Below, in pieces: positions 60,198-64,000 of a stretch of 64,000 nucleotides of DNA (positions within the stretch are counted from its first letter, which is position 1; every line of letters starts with the position of its first letter). The notes under the pieces were generated by a model. It worked only from the letters and a program-made list of their open reading frames with translations, searched no databases and was not told the origin of the DNA. A program made the translations under genes and the position numbers. The DNA lies in NCBI GenBank assembly GCA_965228855.1, contig CBDDIJ010000003.1:1344001-1408000 (forward strand), given 5' to 3'. Origin of the DNA: Candidatus Obscuribacterales bacterium (GTDB taxonomy: Bacteria > Cyanobacteriota > Vampirovibrionia > Obscuribacterales > Obscuribacteraceae).

Positions 60198-60758
60198 ATG
60201 AAAGTTCCGATTCAAGTCGTCTTCAGAAACATGGAACGCTCTGATTTTATAGAGGCCCAGATTCTAGAGAAAGCCGGGAAGTTAGACAAGATATACGATC
60301 GCATAACCAGCTGTCGTATTACGGTCGAGATACCACACAAGAGTCACACGAAAGGAAATGAGCATGAAGTGACGATCGATATTGCTGTTCCTGAAAAGAA
60401 AATTGTTATTGCGCGGACTGCCAGCGGGACCGAGCGCAGCACCGATCTCGCTCTTGCAGCGTTCAAAGAATCTCTCGAAGCCGCGAAGCGACAACTCGAA
60501 GATTATGCACGCAAGCGACGAGGTCATGTGAAAGTCCATGAGGAGCCGCAGCCGGCTGCTCGCATTACCCAGATCTTTTCCGACGAGGGATATGGATTTT
60601 TGGAAACAATCGATGGTCGAGAAATTTATTTCCACTCCAACAGCGTGGTAAATGATAAATTCGACAGGCTCTCGATTGGTACCGAAGTTACCTACGTTGA
60701 GTCGGCAGGTACCGAAGGACCGCAAGCCAGTACGGTTAAGGTTAAAGCGAAGGTCTGA
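60198..60758 (+). CDS. HPF/RaiA ribosome-associated domain fused to a cold-shock domain
   Basis: RBS GAGGAG; IQVVFRNMERS...ITSCRITVE (HPF); YGFLETIDGREIYFHSNSV...GPQASTV (CSD). Confidence 0.9.
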   Translation: MKVPIQVVFRNMERSDFIEAQILEKAGKLDKIYDRITSCRITVEIPHKSHTKGNEHEVTIDIAVPEKKIVIARTASGTERSTDLALAAFKESLEAAKRQLEDYARKRRGHVKVHEEPQPAARITQIFSDEGYGFLETIDGREIYFHSNSVVNDKFDRLSIGTEVTYVESAGTEGPQASTVKVKAKV

Positions 60759-60890
60759 TCGCTTTTCCTTTAAAAACAGAGTCATTACGACGCACATCGC
60801 ACTCCGGCCATTAAAATGGTCGGAGTGCCTTTTTGCGGGTCAAGTTCGATCTGTCTGCTGAGGCGTATGAAACCAAGTGCGGAATCAAAC

Positions 60891-62069
60891 ATGCAACACC
60901 TGCTAGTTCTAAATAGTGGCTCTTCAAGCCTCAAGTTTTCGGTTTTTGAAATGCGTGACTCAGACTTGCATTTGACATTACGCGGGAATTTGAGTGGTAT
61001 CGCAACCGGTGAGGGGCATTTTTCACTTAAGAACGAAACCGGAAGTTTGATAGATGCAGATGTAAACCTAGACACTCACGCCGACGCCATAACTAAAATG
61101 CTTGATTGGTTCAATCTGCACTTCAATGATGGACAGATCTGCTGCGTTGGTCATCGCATCGTCCATGGTGGCAGCAAGTTTGTGCGGGCTACCAAGATCG
61201 ACGAGTCGATGCTTGCAGATTTGAAACTTCTGGCGCGCTTTGCCCCGCTCCACCTTCCGCCTGCTATCGCGACGGTTGAAGCATCTCGTCAGGCGTTCCC
61301 TGCTATTCCGCATGTGGCGTGTTTCGATACCAGTTTTCACCGCACGATGCCCGTGCGAGCGAGGATGCTTCCTCTTACCCGGGAGTTGTTCTTCGAGGAT
61401 GGGCTGGAGAAGTTTGGGTTTCACGGATTATCGTATGAGTATGTCTCGGCCGAACTAAGTCGTAGATTTGGCAACGAAATCGGTAGTGGCAAAGTGATCA
61501 TCGCGCATCTCGGCAACGGCTGCAGCATGGTAGCTGTTGAAAGTGGCGAGAGTGTGGATACGACGATGGGTTTTTCTCCGGCAGGAGGTCTGGTGATGGG
61601 CACCAGGAGTGGTGACATAGATCCCGGGCTCATAACCTACTTTGCCACGGAGAAAAAATTCTCGGCTTCGGAGTTTGTAGACTTCGTAAATAAACAGTCG
61701 GGCCTTCTTGGTTTATCAGGCCTGAACTCCGACATGAAAAAGTTGCTGGATGAAGAACATGCAAACGATGATGCTCGCCGTGCGGTAGAGATATTTTGCT
61801 ACCATGCCAGAAAGCACATAGGCGCGCTTTGCGCGACGTTGGGAGGGCTCGACGCGCTTGTGTTTACCGGAGGCATCGGCGAACACTCGAATCCGATCCG
61901 CAGTCGGATTTGCGACGGTCTTCAGTTTCTCGGAGTCGAAATCGACCAGGACTTGAACAAGCAAAAGGGCACATCGGAGATTTCGAAGGCAGGTGCCCGA
62001 GTCCGAACATTCGTCATCGAAACGAATGAAGAATTACGAATTGCCTCTCTGTCGAAAGAGTTTCTATAA
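60891..62069 (+). CDS. ackA: Acetate/propionate kinase
   Basis: LVLNSGSSSLKF, GHRIVHGG, FDTSFH, GFHGLSY, HLGNG, MGTRSGDIDPG, FTGGIGE, TNEE. Confidence 0.96.
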   Translation: MQHLLVLNSGSSSLKFSVFEMRDSDLHLTLRGNLSGIATGEGHFSLKNETGSLIDADVNLDTHADAITKMLDWFNLHFNDGQICCVGHRIVHGGSKFVRATKIDESMLADLKLLARFAPLHLPPAIATVEASRQAFPAIPHVACFDTSFHRTMPVRARMLPLTRELFFEDGLEKFGFHGLSYEYVSAELSRRFGNEIGSGKVIIAHLGNGCSMVAVESGESVDTTMGFSPAGGLVMGTRSGDIDPGLITYFATEKKFSASEFVDFVNKQSGLLGLSGLNSDMKKLLDEEHANDDARRAVEIFCYHARKHIGALCATLGGLDALVFTGGIGEHSNPIRSRICDGLQFLGVEIDQDLNKQKGTSEISKAGARVRTFVIETNEELRIASLSKEFL

Positions 62070-62082
62070 GCCGTGATTGCGG

Positions 62083-62811
62083 CTATTTGTTCACTACCAT
62101 CTTCGTGCGACCGCGTTCGCCCCCGTCAGCTTGAGTGGTTTCGAAGCTGACATGCGGGTTTGGATGAGATGTTATTGGCGGTGAATCTACTGGGATTACA
62201 GTTGTGCCGTTAGCGGTCTTGACGTGACTAGCACTTGCTTTGCTTGCCGGTGCAATTGTTGTCGGTGCAGTCGATGCCATTGACGCCGCACCCATGGCCG
62301 GTGAAATCATTACTGGCGTATCGCTACGCATCGACTCTGACTGGCTCATTGATGCAACGCTCGCTGCTTTATTCAAAGATGCTATCTGAGTTTTCTCGGC
62401 GAAACGGTTGGGTGCAACCGGAGGGAGGACCGCGTCTGATTCATTTTGGGAGGAGACCGAAATCTTACTAGCAGTTGCCGTCGAGTCTGCATTTACGGCG
62501 ACAGTTTCAGAAGGTTCGGGCGAAGAACTCGCGCTGTCTTGCAAGCCGAAGCGAAATGCCTCCGGCAGCTTTGAGTTATACTCCGCGGGGCTCATCGAGT
62601 CATATTCGGAGACTCGGCTCTTCGGCGCAACAGCCACAGGTTCGGTAGCGTTTCCATCGAGGACTTCGCCGCCTATCACTTTGGTGATGTGCTGCTTCTC
62701 GTGGGTCGGCGACATCACGGACTGACTCAAGTACATCACGACGCCGATTACTATTCCGATTCCGGTTACAACCGCTAAGGTGACTAATCGCAACGGAGGC
62801 TCTCCTTGCAA
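62083..62811 (-). CDS. Membrane-anchored Ser/Ala-rich hypothetical protein
   Basis: N-terminal TM, low-complexity remainder. Confidence 0.6.
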   Translation of the reverse strand: MQGEPPLRLVTLAVVTGIGIVIGVVMYLSQSVMSPTHEKQHITKVIGGEVLDGNATEPVAVAPKSRVSEYDSMSPAEYNSKLPEAFRFGLQDSASSSPEPSETVAVNADSTATASKISVSSQNESDAVLPPVAPNRFAEKTQIASLNKAASVASMSQSESMRSDTPVMISPAMGAASMASTAPTTIAPASKASASHVKTANGTTVIPVDSPPITSHPNPHVSFETTQADGGERGRTKMVVNK

Positions 62812-63022
62812 GCTTTGAACATGACTACGATCAGAAACTGAGACTTGGGTCTACTAAGTTGTGCCTGGATTCGCGAAAGCCAGCGAACGCCGTCCATTGA
62901 TTCTAATACAGAATCAGTGCAGTTTCATACTTAAAATCTACTTCTCCGTAAATCAACGTCACAATGCCCTGCCGCGTTAAGAGTGACCACGACAGGGATT
63001 AAGACTTTCTTGCGGTTTGTGT

Positions 63023-64000
63023 TTAGTAGGGCCAGTGCCAGTTTCTAACGTCCGGCATGTCTTGACCGTAAGTTGCGATGTAGTGTTTGTGTTCGACCAA
63101 TTTGTCTCGGACCATCTGGCGCGCTCGGGCGGCGCGTTGCTGCAGCTGCGGCACACGGTCGATCACATCCTGTGTAAGGTGATACCTGTCCAGATCATTC
63201 ATCACAACCATGTCGAAAGGAGTGGTGGTCGTTCCTTCTTCCTTGTAGCCTCTAACATGAAGGTTCTCGTGATTGCGGCGACGATAAGTAAGTCTGTGAA
63301 TCAGCCAGGGATAGCCATGATATGCAAAGATTATCGGTTTATCCTTGGTGAAGATCGCGTCGAACTCCGGATCGGTCAAGCCGTGCGGATGTTCGCTCTG
63401 AGGCTGGAGGGTCATGAGATCGACGACGTTGACTACGCGAATTTTTAGATCCGGTATGTTCTGGCGCAGTATATCTACCGCTGCGAGCGTTTCAAGAGTC
63501 GGAATATCACCGGCGCATGCCATGACGACATCAGGGTCTCCGCCACCGTCGGTGCTTGCCCAGTCCCAGATACCAATGCCTTCAGCACAGTGTTTGATGG
63601 CGGCATCCATGTTGAGCCACTGCAGCGCAGGCTGTTTACCGGCGACAATAATGTTGATCTGGTCGCGGCTTCGCAGGCAAGCGTCAGCAGTGCAGAGCAA
63701 AGTGTTAGCATCCGGCGGAAGGTAAACACGAATTATGTCTGCCTTCTTGTTCACGGCATGATCGATGAAGCCCGGGTCCTGGTGGCTGAAACCGTTGTGG
63801 TCCTGGCGCCAGACGTGAGAGGTCAGAAGATAATTAAGGGACGCAATCTCGCGACGCCAGGGAATTGCGCGGGTGACCTTCAACCATTTGGCATGCTGGT
63901 TGAACATTGAATCGATGATGTGAATGAATGCTTCGTAACAGGAAAACAAACCGTGCCTGCCTGTCAGAAGATAACCTTCAAGCCATCCCTGGCAGAGGTG
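63023..64000 (-). CDS. xfp: Phosphoketolase (XFP family), C-terminal part; the gene extends beyond the window
   Basis: [52 protein letters not shown]. Confidence 0.97.
   Translation of the reverse strand, partial: HLCQGWLEGYLLTGRHGLFSCYEAFIHIIDSMFNQHAKWLKVTRAIPWRREIASLNYLLTSHVWRQDHNGFSHQDPGFIDHAVNKKADIIRVYLPPDANTLLCTADACLRSRDQINIIVAGKQPALQWLNMDAAIKHCAEGIGIWDWASTDGGGDPDVVMACAGDIPTLETLAAVDILRQNIPDLKIRVVNVVDLMTLQPQSEHPHGLTDPEFDAIFTKDKPIIFAYHGYPWLIHRLTYRRRNHENLHVRGYKEEGTTTTPFDMVVMNDLDRYHLTQDVIDRVPQLQQRAARARQMVRDKLVEHKHYIATYGQDMPDVRNWHWPY

Noticed and set aside
62966..63000. Terminator-like hairpin CCCTG...CAGGG downstream of xfp
   Set aside because: The stem is imperfect and lacks a clear U-tract, so it is too weak to call.

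Overview
A gene-dense bacterial chromosomal window. The gene content (many Hanks-type Ser/Thr kinases with TPRs, a DUF3370-like protein, an orphan TadE-like pilin, ppc, phosphoketolase/ackA) suggests a non-photosynthetic cyanobacterial relative such as Melainabacteria/Obscuribacterales; this is inference only. The most notable signal is a candidate split ribonucleoprotein and ubiquitin-like conjugation system. A three-gene operon at 21.4-23.3 kb encodes a small protein ending in ...PEAVFG, an unknown protein with a C-terminal Cys motif, and a minimal ThiF/E1 enzyme. A TROVE/Ro60-like + vWA gene lies at 34.6-36.2 kb. Each locus is preceded by a copy of the same ~90-115 nt structured non-coding motif. 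Its terminal stem shows a compensatory C-G/U-A change and Y-RNA-like bulges. Other notable items: an 8 x 40/41-bp hairpin repeat array next to an IS1595-derived protein with no recognisable catalytic residues, a Dnmt2-type C5 methyltransferase, a PrsW-kinase fusion, an ATPase-less PilB/MshEN protein with a very long acidic linker, a degenerate Hsp70 coupled to a histidine kinase, and a possibly frameshifted papain-like pseudo-protease. All family calls come from motif recognition by eye, with no database search.
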